This document shows, piece after piece, positions 40,955 through 53,288 of a stretch of 64,000 bases of DNA. The notes beneath the pieces were generated by a model that was given only the letters and a program-made list of their open reading frames with translations, was not told the origin of the DNA and made no database searches. Where the stretch lies: the NCBI GenBank assembly GCA_013695765.1, contig JACCZW010000085.1, forward strand, positions 935 to 64,934. Direction: 5' to 3'. Position numbers and translations under genes: made by a program. Each line of letters begins with the position of its first letter. Within the stretch, counting starts at the first letter, position 1. The stretch comes from Gammaproteobacteria bacterium (GTDB lineage Bacteria; Pseudomonadota; Gammaproteobacteria; JACCYU01).

Positions 40955-41641
40955 CTATCGATCGCCTTCGTACCCGACCACCGCGCGTGCGTAAGGCATC
41001 ATCCCTCGCGAGGGTGCGTACTCGCTGTGATTAACGAGATAACTGTTGAGGCGGGCGGCCACTTCAGAATTGCCGACCAGAGAGGCCTTAGGCGCGCCAA
41101 CCCCCGGCGCGTCAAGTCCGGGTGCTGCGTCAGCCGCGGCGATGCTTGCGCGAGTCTGGCGCAACAACTGCGAATCCGTGAGGGAGGGGGTGATAGCGGA
41201 GGAGCCGGCGGCTGCGGGGTTGATCCGAGCGACGTTGGTGACGGGGATTTCGGGGGTGGACGAACTGTTGAATGACTGAAAGCCGATTACCGCGCATACC
41301 GCGATGGAAGCCGCCAGACCGAATCCCATTGCGGGATTAATACGGGCCGGATTAATACGGCCCGGATTTAACAGGCGTGGGCGCCATCCGGCGGCATCGG
41401 GCGCGACGGCCTCTAGCGGTTCACGCTCGATCGCGGCCCGCACACTGGCGACAAAATTCGCGTCGATCTTCAATGGCAGATTGCCCCGCATCGCATCGCC
41501 TATCACGTAACAGCGTCCCAATCGCGCCAGCTCGCGATCGTTGTGCAACTCCCCGCACAGTCGCTGTACTTCAAATGCGGTGGTTTCTTCATCTACAAAT
41601 GCGGATAACAGCTCTTGCGGATCGGTAATCTCAATCTTCAT
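40955..41641 (-). CDS. mucA: anti-sigma-E factor RseA/MucA
   Basis: The N-terminal anti-sigma domain (LSAFVDEE...WGRYHLIGD-like: LSAFVDEETTAFEVQRL...LGRCYVIGDAMRG), one TM segment and its operon position support the call. Confidence 0.85.
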   Translation of the reverse strand: MKIEITDPQELLSAFVDEETTAFEVQRLCGELHNDRELARLGRCYVIGDAMRGNLPLKIDANFVASVRAAIEREPLEAVAPDAAGWRPRLLNPGRINPARINPAMGFGLAASIAVCAVIGFQSFNSSSTPEIPVTNVARINPAAAGSSAITPSLTDSQLLRQTRASIAAADAAPGLDAPGVGAPKASLVGNSEVAARLNSYLVNHSEYAPSRGMMPYARAVVGYEGDR

Positions 41642-41739
41642 GGCGGCATCTCTATGCGTGCGACGTTATGGATGTTTTCGGTTTGTGGAGTACATGAACA
41701 GGCTGCCGGGGAATGGACTTCGCTCACTCATGAAGAGCG

Positions 41740-42312
41740 CTAATTGATGAGGGGCGCCAGTTGGCGGTCGATCGCTTCGCGGGCACGGAATATGCGCGAG
41801 CGGACGGTGCCGATCGGGCATCTCATGGTCTGCGCAATTTCCTCGTAACTCATGCCTTCCAGTTCCCGTAAGGTTATGGCTGTTTTTAAATCGTCCGGCA
41901 ATTCTTTGATTGCGCGGTATACGGTTCGTTCTATTTCATCCGTGAGCAACTGTCGCTCGGGCGTGGCGTATTCCTTGAGCTTCGACGCGCCTTCGTAGTA
42001 TTCGGCATCCTGTGCATCGACCTCAAAATCCGGCGAGCGGCGATTCTGTGCGACCAGGTGATTCTTCGCGGTGTTGATGGCGATCCGATAAAGCCATGTA
42101 TAAAAAGCGCTGTCTCCACGAAACCGCCCCAGCCCTCGATACGCCTTCAAAAACGCTTCCTGCGCCACGTCCTGCGCGGCATCCGGATCGTGCACGTAGC
42201 GCGAGATCAGCTTGATGATCTTGTGCTGGTACTTTAAGACCAGTGCGTCATATGCCCGCTTGTCTCCAGCCTGTACGCGCCTGACCAGCTCACGATCGTT
42301 GATCTCGCCCAT
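41740..42312 (-). CDS. rpoE: RNA polymerase sigma-E factor (RpoE/AlgU)
   Basis: The start is placed at ATG 42312 (MGEINDRELVRRVQAGDKRAYDALVLKYQHK...). ECF sigma regions 2 and 4 are present. It is divergent from nadB, as in E. coli and Pseudomonas. Confidence 0.93.
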   Translation of the reverse strand: MGEINDRELVRRVQAGDKRAYDALVLKYQHKIIKLISRYVHDPDAAQDVAQEAFLKAYRGLGRFRGDSAFYTWLYRIAINTAKNHLVAQNRRSPDFEVDAQDAEYYEGASKLKEYATPERQLLTDEIERTVYRAIKELPDDLKTAITLRELEGMSYEEIAQTMRCPIGTVRSRIFRAREAIDRQLAPLIN

Positions 42313-42357
42313 CCGGGCCTTCCCCCATTTCCGGACGCGTTCCGTGCACCCTGACAA

Positions 42358-42384
42358 ATTGACCGATGACGCCACGCGGAGTTC
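42358..42384 (-). promoter_or_regulatory. sigma-E-type (autoregulated) promoter upstream of rpoE
   Basis: The minus strand reads GAACTC-N16-TCAAT about 46 nt upstream of the rpoE ATG. This is close to the established sigma-E/AlgU consensus GAACTT-N16-17-TCnnA. Confidence 0.5.
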
Positions 42385-42501
42385 GCGCCGCCGACTTATT
42401 TTTCAAGTACGTGACAACCCTGAAGTTATGAAACCCTTAAAACACCGCAAAACATGTCATTGATGTTTCGAAGGCAAAACATGTGACAAAATACAGAAAC
42501 G

Positions 42502-44175
42502 ATGACACGCCCTCAAGCCAAAGTTGAACGACGCGCGTACGACGTACTGATCATTGGCAGTGGTGCTGCCGGCTTGACCCTTGCATTGCGCCTGGCCGAT
42601 TCCGTGCGCGTGGCGGTGCTATCCAAAGGCCCGCTTAACGAGGGCAGCACCTGGTACGCGCAGGGCGGCGTCTCCGCGGCCATGGATCGGCAGGATTCCA
42701 CCGACGCGCATGTGGCGGATACGTTAAGCGCCGGGGCAGGTCTGTGCGATCCCAAAGTCGTTCAATACACTGTGGCGCACGCCGCGGCCGCCATTGAATG
42801 GCTGCTCGAACTGGGCGTGGATTTCACCCGCGAGACGCACGCCGATGGCAGCAGCAATCTGCATTTCACGCGCGAAGGCGGCCACAGCCATCGCCGAGTG
42901 GTGCATGCCGCCGACGCCACCGGCCAGGCGATCGAAAACGTGCTGGTCGAGCGCGTGCGCGCGGCGCGACGAATCGAAGTGTTCGAGAACCACATCGCCG
43001 TCGATCTGGTCACGACGCAAAAACTCACCGGACGCGGGACCCTGCGCCAACCGAATGACTGTCGAGGCGCCTATGTGCTCGATCGCGCAAGCGGCGACGT
43101 CGAGGTATTCGAAGCGCGCTTCGTGGTGCTGGCTACGGGCGGAGCCAGCAAGGTCTATCTCTACACCAGCAATCCGGACAGCGCTTCGGGTGATGGTATC
43201 GCGATGGCCTGGCGCGCGGGCTTAAGCGTCGCCAACATGGAGTTCATGCAGTTTCATCCGACCTGTCTTTATCACCCTGACGCGCGATCGTTTCTGATCA
43301 GCGAATCGTTACGCGGCGAAGGCGGCAAACTGCTGCTGCCCGACGGCAGTGAATTCATGCATCGTTTCGATTCCCGCGCCGAACTGGCGCCTCGCGACGT
43401 GGTCGCCCGCGCCATCGACCACGAGATGAAACGCCTGGGCGCGGAATGCGTTTATCTCGATATCAGCCACAAGGGCGCTGACTTCATAACCGACCATTTC
43501 CCCAACATCCACGCACGCTGCCTGCAATTCGGGTTCGACCTGACCCGTGGACCGATTCCCGTGGTGCCGGCCGCGCATTACACTTGTGGTGGCGTGACGA
43601 CGGATCTGGACGCCCGCACGGCGATCACCGGTTTGTATGCGATCGGCGAGGTCGCCTTCACCGGTCTGCACGGGGCCAACCGCATGGCCAGCAATTCGCT
43701 GCTGGAATGTCTGGTGTTCGCGCGCGCCGCGGCGACGCACATCGCAGCCCACCTGCGTCAGCCGCGCGCCGATTATGCAATCCCGCCGTGGGACGCCAGC
43801 CGCGTGACCGACTCCGACGAGGAAGTGGTGATCACCCACAACTGGCACGAGCTGCGCCGTTTCATGTGGGATTACGTCGGCATCGTGCGCACTACCAAGC
43901 GGTTGCAGCGCGCCCGGCATCGCATCGATCTGCTGCTGGGCGAGATCGAGGAGTATTACAGCAACTTCAAAGTGACCGGCAATCTGATCGAGATGCGCAA
44001 CCTCGCGCTGGTCGCTGACCTGACCATACGCTGCGCGCTGCTGCGCAAGGAAAGCCGCGGCCTGCACCACATTCTCGATTATCCGCAAACCGACCCGAAA
44101 CTGAACGGCGTCAATACCATCCTGGAACCCGGCATTGATGCGCCTGGCCGTGCGCCCATGCGCACGGCCGTGTGA
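42502..44175 (+). CDS. nadB: L-aspartate oxidase
   Basis: 557 aa with the FAD motif [12 protein letters not shown]. Succinate dehydrogenase/fumarate reductase flavoprotein-like throughout. Confidence 0.93.
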   Translation: MTRPQAKVERRAYDVLIIGSGAAGLTLALRLADSVRVAVLSKGPLNEGSTWYAQGGVSAAMDRQDSTDAHVADTLSAGAGLCDPKVVQYTVAHAAAAIEWLLELGVDFTRETHADGSSNLHFTREGGHSHRRVVHAADATGQAIENVLVERVRAARRIEVFENHIAVDLVTTQKLTGRGTLRQPNDCRGAYVLDRASGDVEVFEARFVVLATGGASKVYLYTSNPDSASGDGIAMAWRAGLSVANMEFMQFHPTCLYHPDARSFLISESLRGEGGKLLLPDGSEFMHRFDSRAELAPRDVVARAIDHEMKRLGAECVYLDISHKGADFITDHFPNIHARCLQFGFDLTRGPIPVVPAAHYTCGGVTTDLDARTAITGLYAIGEVAFTGLHGANRMASNSLLECLVFARAAATHIAAHLRQPRADYAIPPWDASRVTDSDEEVVITHNWHELRRFMWDYVGIVRTTKRLQRARHRIDLLLGEIEEYYSNFKVTGNLIEMRNLALVADLTIRCALLRKESRGLHHILDYPQTDPKLNGVNTILEPGIDAPGRAPMRTAV

Positions 44176-44197
44176 ACCTTGTGCCTGGACTATACGC

Positions 44198-45016
44198 ATG
44201 AGTGAGTTTTCGAGCGATTACCTGATCGAACCCGCGGCGCTGGCTTTGCGGCTGGCGGATGCCGATCTACAAATCGTGGACGTCTGCAAAACCGAGCAGT
44301 ACGCGCAAGGGCATATCCCCGGTGCTGTGCATATCGATTACGCGCGTCTGGTGGTATCGCGCCCGCCGGTAGCCGGACTGTTGCCGGACGCGGCCTACTT
44401 GCAGCAATTGTTTTCATCGCTGGGACTGACACGCGAAGCGCGCATCGTGGCCTATGACGACGAGGGCGGCGGTCATGCCGCACGCTTGCTGTGGAGCCTG
44501 GCGGCGTGCGGCCATCAACGCTATGCGCTGCTGAACGGCGGTCTGCACGCCTGGGCCAATGAGGGGCATCCGGTACAACGCGAATCCGTAACCCTTGCTG
44601 CGAGCGACTATAGTGTGAGCACTAACGGCGAGGTCGTCGCTGACCGCGCGTACATCGAGGCGCGCCTGCGCGATGAAGGCACCCGCCTGCTCGATTGCCG
44701 CAGTTCCAGGGAATACACGGGCGCGGACAAGCGTGCCGCGCGCGCGAGTCACATTCCAGGGGCGGTAAACCTGGACTGGACGGAAACCATGGACATGAAC
44801 CGCAACCTACGGCTGCAACCGCCCGAGACGTTGCGGGGCAGACTTGCGGAACTGGGCATCACACCTGAGCGCGAGATCATCACCTATTGCCAGACGCACC
44901 ATCGATCGGCGCACACCTGGCTCGTACTCAAAGCGCTGGGTTTCGAGCGCGTACGCGGTTACCCCGGCTCCTGGTCGGACTGGGGCAACCAGCCGGATAC
45001 GCCCGTAGAGAATTGA
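44198..45016 (+). CDS. rhodanese-domain sulfurtransferase (two rhodanese domains)
   Basis: The start is placed at ATG 44198 (MSEFSSDYLIEP...). It has tandem rhodanese domains and the active-site loop CQTHHRS in the C-terminal domain. Confidence 0.8.
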   Translation: MSEFSSDYLIEPAALALRLADADLQIVDVCKTEQYAQGHIPGAVHIDYARLVVSRPPVAGLLPDAAYLQQLFSSLGLTREARIVAYDDEGGGHAARLLWSLAACGHQRYALLNGGLHAWANEGHPVQRESVTLAASDYSVSTNGEVVADRAYIEARLRDEGTRLLDCRSSREYTGADKRAARASHIPGAVNLDWTETMDMNRNLRLQPPETLRGRLAELGITPEREIITYCQTHHRSAHTWLVLKALGFERVRGYPGSWSDWGNQPDTPVEN

Positions 45017-45093
45017 TTGATTTCAGGACCAATAAGATTGTGATGAGTAGCGCACTGTTCGCGCCACGTCGATAACCAGGCTATCCAGATCAG

Positions 45094-45639
45094 TCAAAGC
45101 CGCAGCCAGCGCTCACGGTAATAACGCAACTCGGCGATCGAGTCGCGTATGTCGTCCAGAGCGCGATGACTCGAATCCTTGGAAAAGCCTTTCGCCACCT
45201 CCGGCGCCCAGCGTCGCGCCAGCTCTTTCAAAGTGCTGACATCCAGGTTCCGGTAGTGAAAATATGCCTCCAGTTCCGGCATGGCGCGCGCCATGAACCG
45301 CCGGTCCTGGCATATGCTGTTGCCGCACATGGGCGACCGACCCGCCTCGACGTGGTCGCGCAGAAAGGCGATGGTGGCGATCTCCGCCTGACGCTCATCG
45401 ACCTGGCTTGAGTGCACGCGCGTTAACAGCCCTGATTTGCCATGCTGACTGACATTCCAGGCATCCATCCGCGCGAGATTTTCGGCGGGCTGACGAATCG
45501 CGAATACCGGACCTTCGGCCAGCAACTTAAGGTCCTTGTCCGTGGCCACGGTGGCGATCTCGATAATGCGATCCCGCTCGGTATCGAGACCGGTCATTTC
45601 GAGGTCGATCCAGATCAGATTGTCGGGCGACTGTAACAT
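45094..45639 (-). CDS. orn: oligoribonuclease
   Basis: DEDDh exonuclease ([14 protein letters not shown]...D near the C-terminus). 181 aa from ATG 45639, the same length as E. coli Orn. Confidence 0.92.
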   Translation of the reverse strand: MLQSPDNLIWIDLEMTGLDTERDRIIEIATVATDKDLKLLAEGPVFAIRQPAENLARMDAWNVSQHGKSGLLTRVHSSQVDERQAEIATIAFLRDHVEAGRSPMCGNSICQDRRFMARAMPELEAYFHYRNLDVSTLKELARRWAPEVAKGFSKDSSHRALDDIRDSIAELRYYRERWLRL

Positions 45640-45827
45640 GAGATGGGGTTCGCAAGATTGTTGCAACGGCCGGGCAGGCCTCGCCTGCCCGCGATGAATT
45701 TACGACTCTTTTGTACCATGTCTAAAGACAACACATTACCGCCACAGTTGCCCGGCATTCTAACAAAAGGGTAAGCTGTTGAGAGATCCCCGCGGAATCG
45801 CCGCCGCGCGCCAACCGGATTGCCGCA

Positions 45828-47078
45828 ATGTATATGTTCACCCTGATTTTCCTGATCGCGCTGGGATTCTCGCTCGCGCTGCGTCTGTGGCTCGCGCAAC
45901 GGCATGTTGATTTCGTGCGGCGACACCGTAACCAGGTGCCCGAGGAATTTCACGGCAGTATGCCGCTGGAATCGCATCAGAAAGCCGCGGACTATACCGC
46001 CGCCAAAACGCGCTTCGGCATGCTCGACGCTTGTGTGGACGCGGTGCTGTTATTGATCTGGACCTTGGGCGGTGGGCTTAATCTTGTCGATCAGGCGTGG
46101 CGTTCGCTGGGCGTGGGGCCGTTATTCGCTGGCGCTGGCGTCATCTTGAGCGTGCTGCTGATCGCCGCGGCGCTCGACCTGCCGGCATCGATTTATCGCA
46201 CCTTCGCGCTGGAGAAACGCTTCGGCTTCAACCGTACTAATGTAAGCCTGTTCGTGACCGACCTGTGCAAGAGCGCGGCGCTGGCCCTGATTATCGGCGC
46301 GCCGCTGATTTTACTGGTGCTGTGGCTGATGGAAAGCAGCGGTGACTATTGGTGGCTTTACGTATGGGCGGTGTGGACCGCGTTCGGTTTCCTGATGACC
46401 TGGGCCTACCCGACCCTGATCGCACCGCTGTTCAACAAATTTTCGGCGCTGGATGATGACGACCTGCGCAGCCGTATCCAGCAGTTGCTGGAGCGCTGCG
46501 GTTTTCAAAGTAAAGGCGTGTTCGTGATGGACGGCTCCAGACGCTCCGCTCACGGCAATGCGTATTTCACCGGCTACGGGCGCAACAAGCGCATCGTGTT
46601 CTTCGACACCTTGATGGAAACGCTAACGCCGGCCGAGATTGAATCGGTGCTCGCGCACGAGCTGGGGCATTTCAAGCGTCATCACGTCAAGAAACGACTG
46701 CTGTTCATGGTAGTTTACAGCCTGGTCGCGTTGGCGCTGCTCGCGTGGCTGATGAATCAGACCTGGTTTTACAGCGCGCTTGGGATCGGCGAGCCGTCGG
46801 TTTACATGGGCTTGCTGCTGTTCATGATGGTGGTACCGGTATTCGGATTCTTCACCCGACCGTTGATGGCGTGGTGGTCGCGCAAGCACGAATACGAGGC
46901 CGACGAATTCGCCGCCGAGCAGAGCGACGCGCGTAGTCTGGTAACCGCGCTGGTGAGTCTCTATAAGGAAAATGCCAGCACCCTGACGCCCGATCCCCTG
47001 CACTCCGCCGTATATGATTCGCATCCGCCCGCCGCACGGCGGATCGCGCATCTGGCCGCCGTAGGCCGCGGCGCCTGA
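45828..47078 (+). CDS. M48 family (Ste24/HtpX-like) zinc metalloprotease
   Basis: 416-aa polytopic membrane protein with the HELGHFKRHH zinc motif and a downstream EYEADEFA glutamate motif. Confidence 0.85.
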   Translation: MYMFTLIFLIALGFSLALRLWLAQRHVDFVRRHRNQVPEEFHGSMPLESHQKAADYTAAKTRFGMLDACVDAVLLLIWTLGGGLNLVDQAWRSLGVGPLFAGAGVILSVLLIAAALDLPASIYRTFALEKRFGFNRTNVSLFVTDLCKSAALALIIGAPLILLVLWLMESSGDYWWLYVWAVWTAFGFLMTWAYPTLIAPLFNKFSALDDDDLRSRIQQLLERCGFQSKGVFVMDGSRRSAHGNAYFTGYGRNKRIVFFDTLMETLTPAEIESVLAHELGHFKRHHVKKRLLFMVVYSLVALALLAWLMNQTWFYSALGIGEPSVYMGLLLFMMVVPVFGFFTRPLMAWWSRKHEYEADEFAAEQSDARSLVTALVSLYKENASTLTPDPLHSAVYDSHPPAARRIAHLAAVGRGA

Positions 47079-47093
47079 TCGATCATTACGCGC

Positions 47094-47405
47094 GTGCCAA
47101 CGAAGCTCCTCGCCATCCTGTTTCCCGCGCTGCTCATGGCAAGCGGCGGAACAAGCGCGGTGCCGCCGGAATTCAATCACGGGCGCACACTGCACAACGC
47201 AAATTGCACGACCTGCCACGGCAACATGACCGGCGGTGACGGCATCACGTTGTATACGCGCAGCCCGCGTATGGTGAACTCGACGCCGCAGCTCAAAAAG
47301 CGCGTGCGGTATTGCGCCTCCGGCGCTCAACTGAACTGGTCTGGGCAGGATATCGCCGATGTCGTTCTTTACCTCGACCGTCAGTTTTACAATTTCAGCA
47401 GGTAG
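47094..47405 (+). CDS. small secreted c-type cytochrome-like protein
   Basis: 103 aa with a GTG start, a signal peptide (LLAILFPALLMASGGTSA) and a single CTTCH (CxxCH) haem-binding motif. It starts 15 nt after the M48 gene. Confidence 0.55.
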   Translation: MPTKLLAILFPALLMASGGTSAVPPEFNHGRTLHNANCTTCHGNMTGGDGITLYTRSPRMVNSTPQLKKRVRYCASGAQLNWSGQDIADVVLYLDRQFYNFSR

Positions 47406-47540
47406 TCAGACTACCGCCGTCGCAGCGCCGCGCTCGTCAATCGCGAGGCATGAAATTATCGGCCAGTCGCATTTGGGGCACTGCGTGCTACCGCAGCTTC
47501 GACTTAACAAATTCTCTTGCAACTTTGCCCGGAATCAGCC

Positions 47541-47891
47541 ATGCCAGAAGAAACCATTTTCAGCAAGATCATCCGTCGGGAGACATCTGCGACCATCGTG
47601 TATCAGGACGATCAGGTGACCGCCTTTAACGACATCGACGCCAAGGCGCCCACGCATATTCTTGTCATCCCCAACACGATTATTCCCACTGTCAACGACG
47701 TGGCCCCGGAGCATGAAGCGCTTATCGGTCACATGGTCGTGGTGGCCGCACTTCTGGCGCGCGAGCAGGGCATCGCGGAGGATGGCTATCGGCTGATCGT
47801 CAATTGCGGAGACCACGGCGGCCAGGAAGTTTATCATCTGCATATGCACTTGCTGGGCGGCCGACCGCTGGGTCCGATGCTGGCCCGCTAA
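47541..47891 (+). CDS. hinT: histidine triad nucleotide-binding protein
   Basis: Starts [14 protein letters not shown] and contains the HIT motif HLHMHLLGG. 116 aa from ATG 47541. Confidence 0.9.
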   Translation: MPEETIFSKIIRRETSATIVYQDDQVTAFNDIDAKAPTHILVIPNTIIPTVNDVAPEHEALIGHMVVVAALLAREQGIAEDGYRLIVNCGDHGGQEVYHLHMHLLGGRPLGPMLAR

Positions 47892-48098
47892 GCACCCGCG
47901 GCACGGCGAATCCCTGCGTTGCCGGTGTTGATCCTTTCCCTGCGCCATGACAAAAGCCATACAATTCCGCGTGGCCCATCGCGCGCTGGAGGCGCGGCAA
48001 ACCGCAGGCTCTACCGTACTTTTACCGTAATCACTATGCAGCGAGAGCGATCCGCCACGCCTGCCGCGTGTCGATCGCCCGCCAGGGGAGCGTAATAG

Positions 48099-49865
<1,767 letters not shown>

Positions 49866-49981
49866 CCGATGTGCAATATGCAGGGGCTGGGACTTGAGCA
49901 AAAGCGCAACGCCTGGCTGCACAGTTCCCGCCGACTCAGTACCCATCGCATTATAGTCGTCCCGGAATACGTTCATAAAGC

Positions 49982-50581
49982 TCACGCATAATCCCGACGC
50001 CCGCTGAATGCGTGCGACAAGGTTGAACTGTCCAGGTATTCGAGCTCCCCACCCACCGGCACGCCCTGCGCGAGACGCGTGGTTCGGATGTTTCGTTTTC
50101 TGGCCATCTCACCGAGCACGTGCGCGGTCACCTCGCCTTCGACCGTGGAATTGGTGGCGAGAATGACTTCCCTGATTTCACCGCCGTCGAAGCGCTGTTC
50201 GAGCCTGTCCAGACCGAGCTCCGCGGGACCGATGCCGTCCAGTGGCGACAGGCGTCCCATCAGTACGTAATACACGCCGCGAAAGTCGGTGCCGTGTTCG
50301 ATCGCCATGACATCGGCCGGCGACTCGACCACGCACATCACCTCGCGGTTGCGGCCCTGGTTCGCACAGATGCGACATAAGGGCTGTTCGGTCAGAGTGC
50401 GGCACTGCTGGCAATGGCCGATTTTTTCAACCGCCTCGCGCAGCCGATCGGCAAGGTTCAGCGCACCCGGCCGATTGCGCTCCAGCAAATGAAACGCCAT
50501 GCGTTGCGCAGTCTTGGCGCCCACTCCCGGCAAACATCTGAATGCCTCGATAAGTTGCTGCAACAGAGAAGGGTCCGACAT
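49982..50581 (-). CDS. recR: recombination protein RecR
   Basis: Contains [21 protein letters not shown] (HhH), a C4 zinc finger [16 protein letters not shown] and a Toprim domain. ATG 50581 aligns with the E. coli start. Confidence 0.93.
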   Translation of the reverse strand: MSDPSLLQQLIEAFRCLPGVGAKTAQRMAFHLLERNRPGALNLADRLREAVEKIGHCQQCRTLTEQPLCRICANQGRNREVMCVVESPADVMAIEHGTDFRGVYYVLMGRLSPLDGIGPAELGLDRLEQRFDGGEIREVILATNSTVEGEVTAHVLGEMARKRNIRTTRLAQGVPVGGELEYLDSSTLSHAFSGRRDYA

Positions 50582-50685
50582 GGGTGCATTCACCTGCTAA
50601 TGCATACAGATCGCGCGCCATGGTTGCGCGAGGCGCACCCGTCAACAACTCACGCACATCGAACGCCGATATGTATTCAATTTGG

Positions 50686-51009
50686 CTAAAATGGCAACTT
50701 CATACCCGGCGGCAGACTCATGCCCTGCGCGAGGCCGGCGAATTTTTCCTTGATCGCCTCGTCCACTCTATGCACCGCATCGTTGATCGCGGCCGCGACC
50801 AGATCCTCGAGCATGTCCTTGTCGTCGCCCGTCAGGCTGCCGTCTATTGATACTCTTCTGACCTCATGCTTGCCGGTCATTAAGACGCTGACCAGACCGC
50901 CGCCGGATTCGCCCCTGACTTCCATAGCCGCGACTTCTTCCTGCGCTTTCGCCATGTCCTCCTGCATCTTCTGCGCCTGCTTCATGAGATTGCCGATTCC
51001 GCCTTTCAT
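50686..51009 (-). CDS. ybaB: nucleoid-associated protein YbaB/EbfC
   Basis: 107 aa, starting [25 protein letters not shown]. It lies between dnaX and recR. Confidence 0.93.
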   Translation of the reverse strand: MKGGIGNLMKQAQKMQEDMAKAQEEVAAMEVRGESGGGLVSVLMTGKHEVRRVSIDGSLTGDDKDMLEDLVAAAINDAVHRVDEAIKEKFAGLAQGMSLPPGMKLPF

Positions 51010-51041
51010 AGAGTCCTCGCTAATTGGTTTTCGCTCTTGCG

Positions 51042-52661
51042 TCAGTCTTGCTTGATGGGCCGCACCGAACCCGGCACGATCTCCGCGGCGAAGTGTTGCT
51101 TGAACGCCTGCACGGTCGCGTCCGCCTCGATCGCCGCATCCGCCGCCCGCTGTCGTTGCGCGCGGTCGTGGCTGGCGAGCTGCGCCGGTGTCGCGGCGGC
51201 ATGTTCGGCAATTTCAATGTACAACCGTAGCGGCCGACCCAGATGATCGCCGAGCGCCTGACGCAGACGCGCCTCGGCGTTACTGGTCCGGATTTGCGCG
51301 TGGCCGGCTTCCAGCACCAGCCGCACCTCGTCGTTGGTGATGGACTGGAGACTGCAATTGCTGGCCAGCGCCGAGGCCACACCTTTGAGGTTCAGTGCGC
51401 GCGCCAGTTGCGGCCATTCCTGCTCGCTCGCCTCCGCCGAGCTCCGGGATTCTACGGGTCCGAGTTCTGTGACGGCGTCCGTGGGCGGCGCTGACTCTCG
51501 AATCGGGCGTCCGGCGCTATGCGCGCTACGCCGTTGGGTAGGAGCGCACGCGTCATTCGTCACCGCCTCTTGGGGAGCTATTGGCCTGAAACTCAGCATG
51601 CGCAACAACACCATTTCCAGACCGTCCCTCGCCTCGACTGCGAACGGCATATCGCGACGTCCGATGACCGCAATCTGATAATACAACTGCACATCTTGCG
51701 GGCTGAGCATGTTCGCGAGCATGGCTGCAAGCGCTGCGTGCGGGTTCTCTTCATCGACCGCGCCAGGCACGGCCTGCTCCAGCGCTATGGCGTGCAGCAG
51801 CGATACGAGTTCGGTCAGCACCTCGGCAAAATCCGCGCCTTGTCCGGCAAGTTCCGCGATGGCCCCCAAGCCGGCCGCCGCGTCTGCGTCCGCAATCGAA
51901 CGGGCCAGCTTGTGCAATTGCTCGCGCGGCACCGAACCGAGCATTTCGCGCACCGCCGCTTCGCGCACCTCGCCGTCACCGAAGCCGATCGCTTGATCCA
52001 GCAGGCTCAACGCATCGCGCATGCTGCCATCCGCCGACCGCGCGAGTTCGATCAGCGCGCCTTCGTCCGCGGCCACGCCCTCCTGCTCCAGCATTTGGCG
52101 AAGATGCGCGCGAATCTCCGGCGCCGGCATACGCTTCAGGTTCAACTGCAGGCATCGCGACAACACCGTCATCGGCAGCTTTTGCGGATCGGTCGTCGCC
52201 AGCAGAAACTTTACGTGCGGCGGCGGCTCTTCCAGGGTTTTGAGCAGGGCATTGAAACTGTGCCCGGACAGCATGTGTACCTCGTCGATCAGGTACACCT
52301 TGTAACGACCGTAAGCGGGCGCGTACTGCACGTTGTCCAGCAACTCGCGCGTGTCTTCGACCTTGGTGCGCGAGGCCGCGTCGACCTCGATCAGATCGAC
52401 GAACCGGCCGCCGTCGATTTCACGGCAGGCGTTGCACTGACCGCAGGGTTCGGAAGTGACACCTTGTTCGCAATTAAGGCACTTGGCGAGAATCCGCGCG
52501 AGCGTTGTCTTGCCCACGCCACGGGTGCCTGTGAACAGGTACGCATGGTGCAGACGGCCCTGCTTCAACGCGTTCACCAGCGCTTTCAGCACATGAGCCT
52601 GCCCGACCATTTGCGCGAACGTTCGCGGACGCCACTTGCGCGCCAATACCTGATAACTCAT
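51042..52661 (-). CDS. dnaX: DNA polymerase III subunit gamma/tau
   Basis: The start is placed at ATG 52661 ([21 protein letters not shown]). Walker [10 protein letters not shown] and a zinc module [19 protein letters not shown] are present. 539 aa. Confidence 0.93.
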   Translation of the reverse strand: MSYQVLARKWRPRTFAQMVGQAHVLKALVNALKQGRLHHAYLFTGTRGVGKTTLARILAKCLNCEQGVTSEPCGQCNACREIDGGRFVDLIEVDAASRTKVEDTRELLDNVQYAPAYGRYKVYLIDEVHMLSGHSFNALLKTLEEPPPHVKFLLATTDPQKLPMTVLSRCLQLNLKRMPAPEIRAHLRQMLEQEGVAADEGALIELARSADGSMRDALSLLDQAIGFGDGEVREAAVREMLGSVPREQLHKLARSIADADAAAGLGAIAELAGQGADFAEVLTELVSLLHAIALEQAVPGAVDEENPHAALAAMLANMLSPQDVQLYYQIAVIGRRDMPFAVEARDGLEMVLLRMLSFRPIAPQEAVTNDACAPTQRRSAHSAGRPIRESAPPTDAVTELGPVESRSSAEASEQEWPQLARALNLKGVASALASNCSLQSITNDEVRLVLEAGHAQIRTSNAEARLRQALGDHLGRPLRLYIEIAEHAAATPAQLASHDRAQRQRAADAAIEADATVQAFKQHFAAEIVPGSVRPIKQD

Positions 52662-52759
52662 GACTGATCGCGTGTTATGGCTGACAATTGATTGACCGAT
52701 TGGAGCACGGTGCGCGGCCGACAGACACCGCCTGGGCACTGGCGCGGATAATACCTAAT

Positions 52760-52874
52760 GGCGGCAGCCCGCACCAGCCGCACCCCGGCACCCGAATCGA
52801 TTGTTACCGTTGCTCCCTTCCAGGCCTGGCGGGATTCACAATTTATCGTTGCGGGGGGACCGGCGCGGGCCACC
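52760..52874 (-). ncRNA. ffs: signal recognition particle RNA (4.5S RNA)
   Basis: The minus strand reads GGTGGCCCGCGCCGGTCCCCCCGCAACG...CCGCCAGGCCTGGAAGGGAGCAACGG...GGTGCCGGGGTGCGGCTGGTGCGGGCTGCCGCC. This matches the E. coli 4.5S landmarks (CCCGCAACG, CCAGG-N-GGAAGG-AGCA with a GGAA tetraloop, GTGCCGGG-TG-GCTGG). The 5' and 3' ends pair, and the position upstream of dnaX is typical. Confidence 0.8.
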
Positions 52875-53050
52875 ATTACGCTGTGGATGGTCTGGAGGAA
52901 ATGGCGGAGCGAGAAGGGTAAGCCGCGCCGCGAATGCCCAGTGAAGATTCGCAACACAGCCAACGACCCGCAGGGATGCGGGGCTGGATCACAGTACCAA
53001 GGATGGTTCACCGCTCCCATACTCCCGCGCCACCATACTTCCGCTCATTC

Positions 53051-53141
53051 TGGCGGAGAGAGAGGGATTCGAACCCTCGATACGCTATTAACGTATACAC
53101 ACTTTCCAGGCGTGCTCCTTCGACCGCTCGGACACCTCTCC
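53051..53141 (-). tRNA. tRNA-Ser (anticodon GGA), class II with long variable arm, CCA encoded
   Basis: The minus strand reads GGAGAGGTGTCCGAGCGGTCGAAGGAGCACGCCTGGAAAGTGTGTATACGTTAATAGCGTATCGAGGGTTCGAATCCCTCTCTCTCCGCCA. It folds by hand into a cloverleaf with a 7-bp acceptor stem, anticodon loop CTGGAAA, variable-arm stem ATACG/CGTAT and T-arm GAGGG-TTCGAAT-CCCTC. Confidence 0.92.
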
Positions 53142-53263
53142 TTTAAGCTATTTACTGCCATTCATGGCGCAACACCTTGATTCTTTGACACCCCGGCCTT
53201 GCCATCCATGGCAAGTCGTTCGCCGTGGAATCGATCCAGTAGGTCGATTCCACTATGGCTCAC

Positions 53264-53288
53264 CCTTCGACCGCTCGGACACCTCTCC
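53264..53288 (-). repeat. 25-nt direct duplicate of the 5' end of tRNA-Ser
   Basis: CCTTCGACCGCTCGGACACCTCTCC at 53264-53288 is identical to 53117-53141, which is tRNA positions 1-25 on the minus strand. The sequence beyond the duplicate is unrelated to the tRNA. Confidence 0.85.

Noticed and set aside
51042-52661. Searched dnaX for an E. coli-like programmed -1 frameshift site (A AAA AAG slippery heptamer plus hairpin) that would produce the gamma subunit.
   Set aside because: I saw no such heptamer (CTTTTTT on the plus strand) within the gene. Production of gamma by frameshifting cannot be claimed here.
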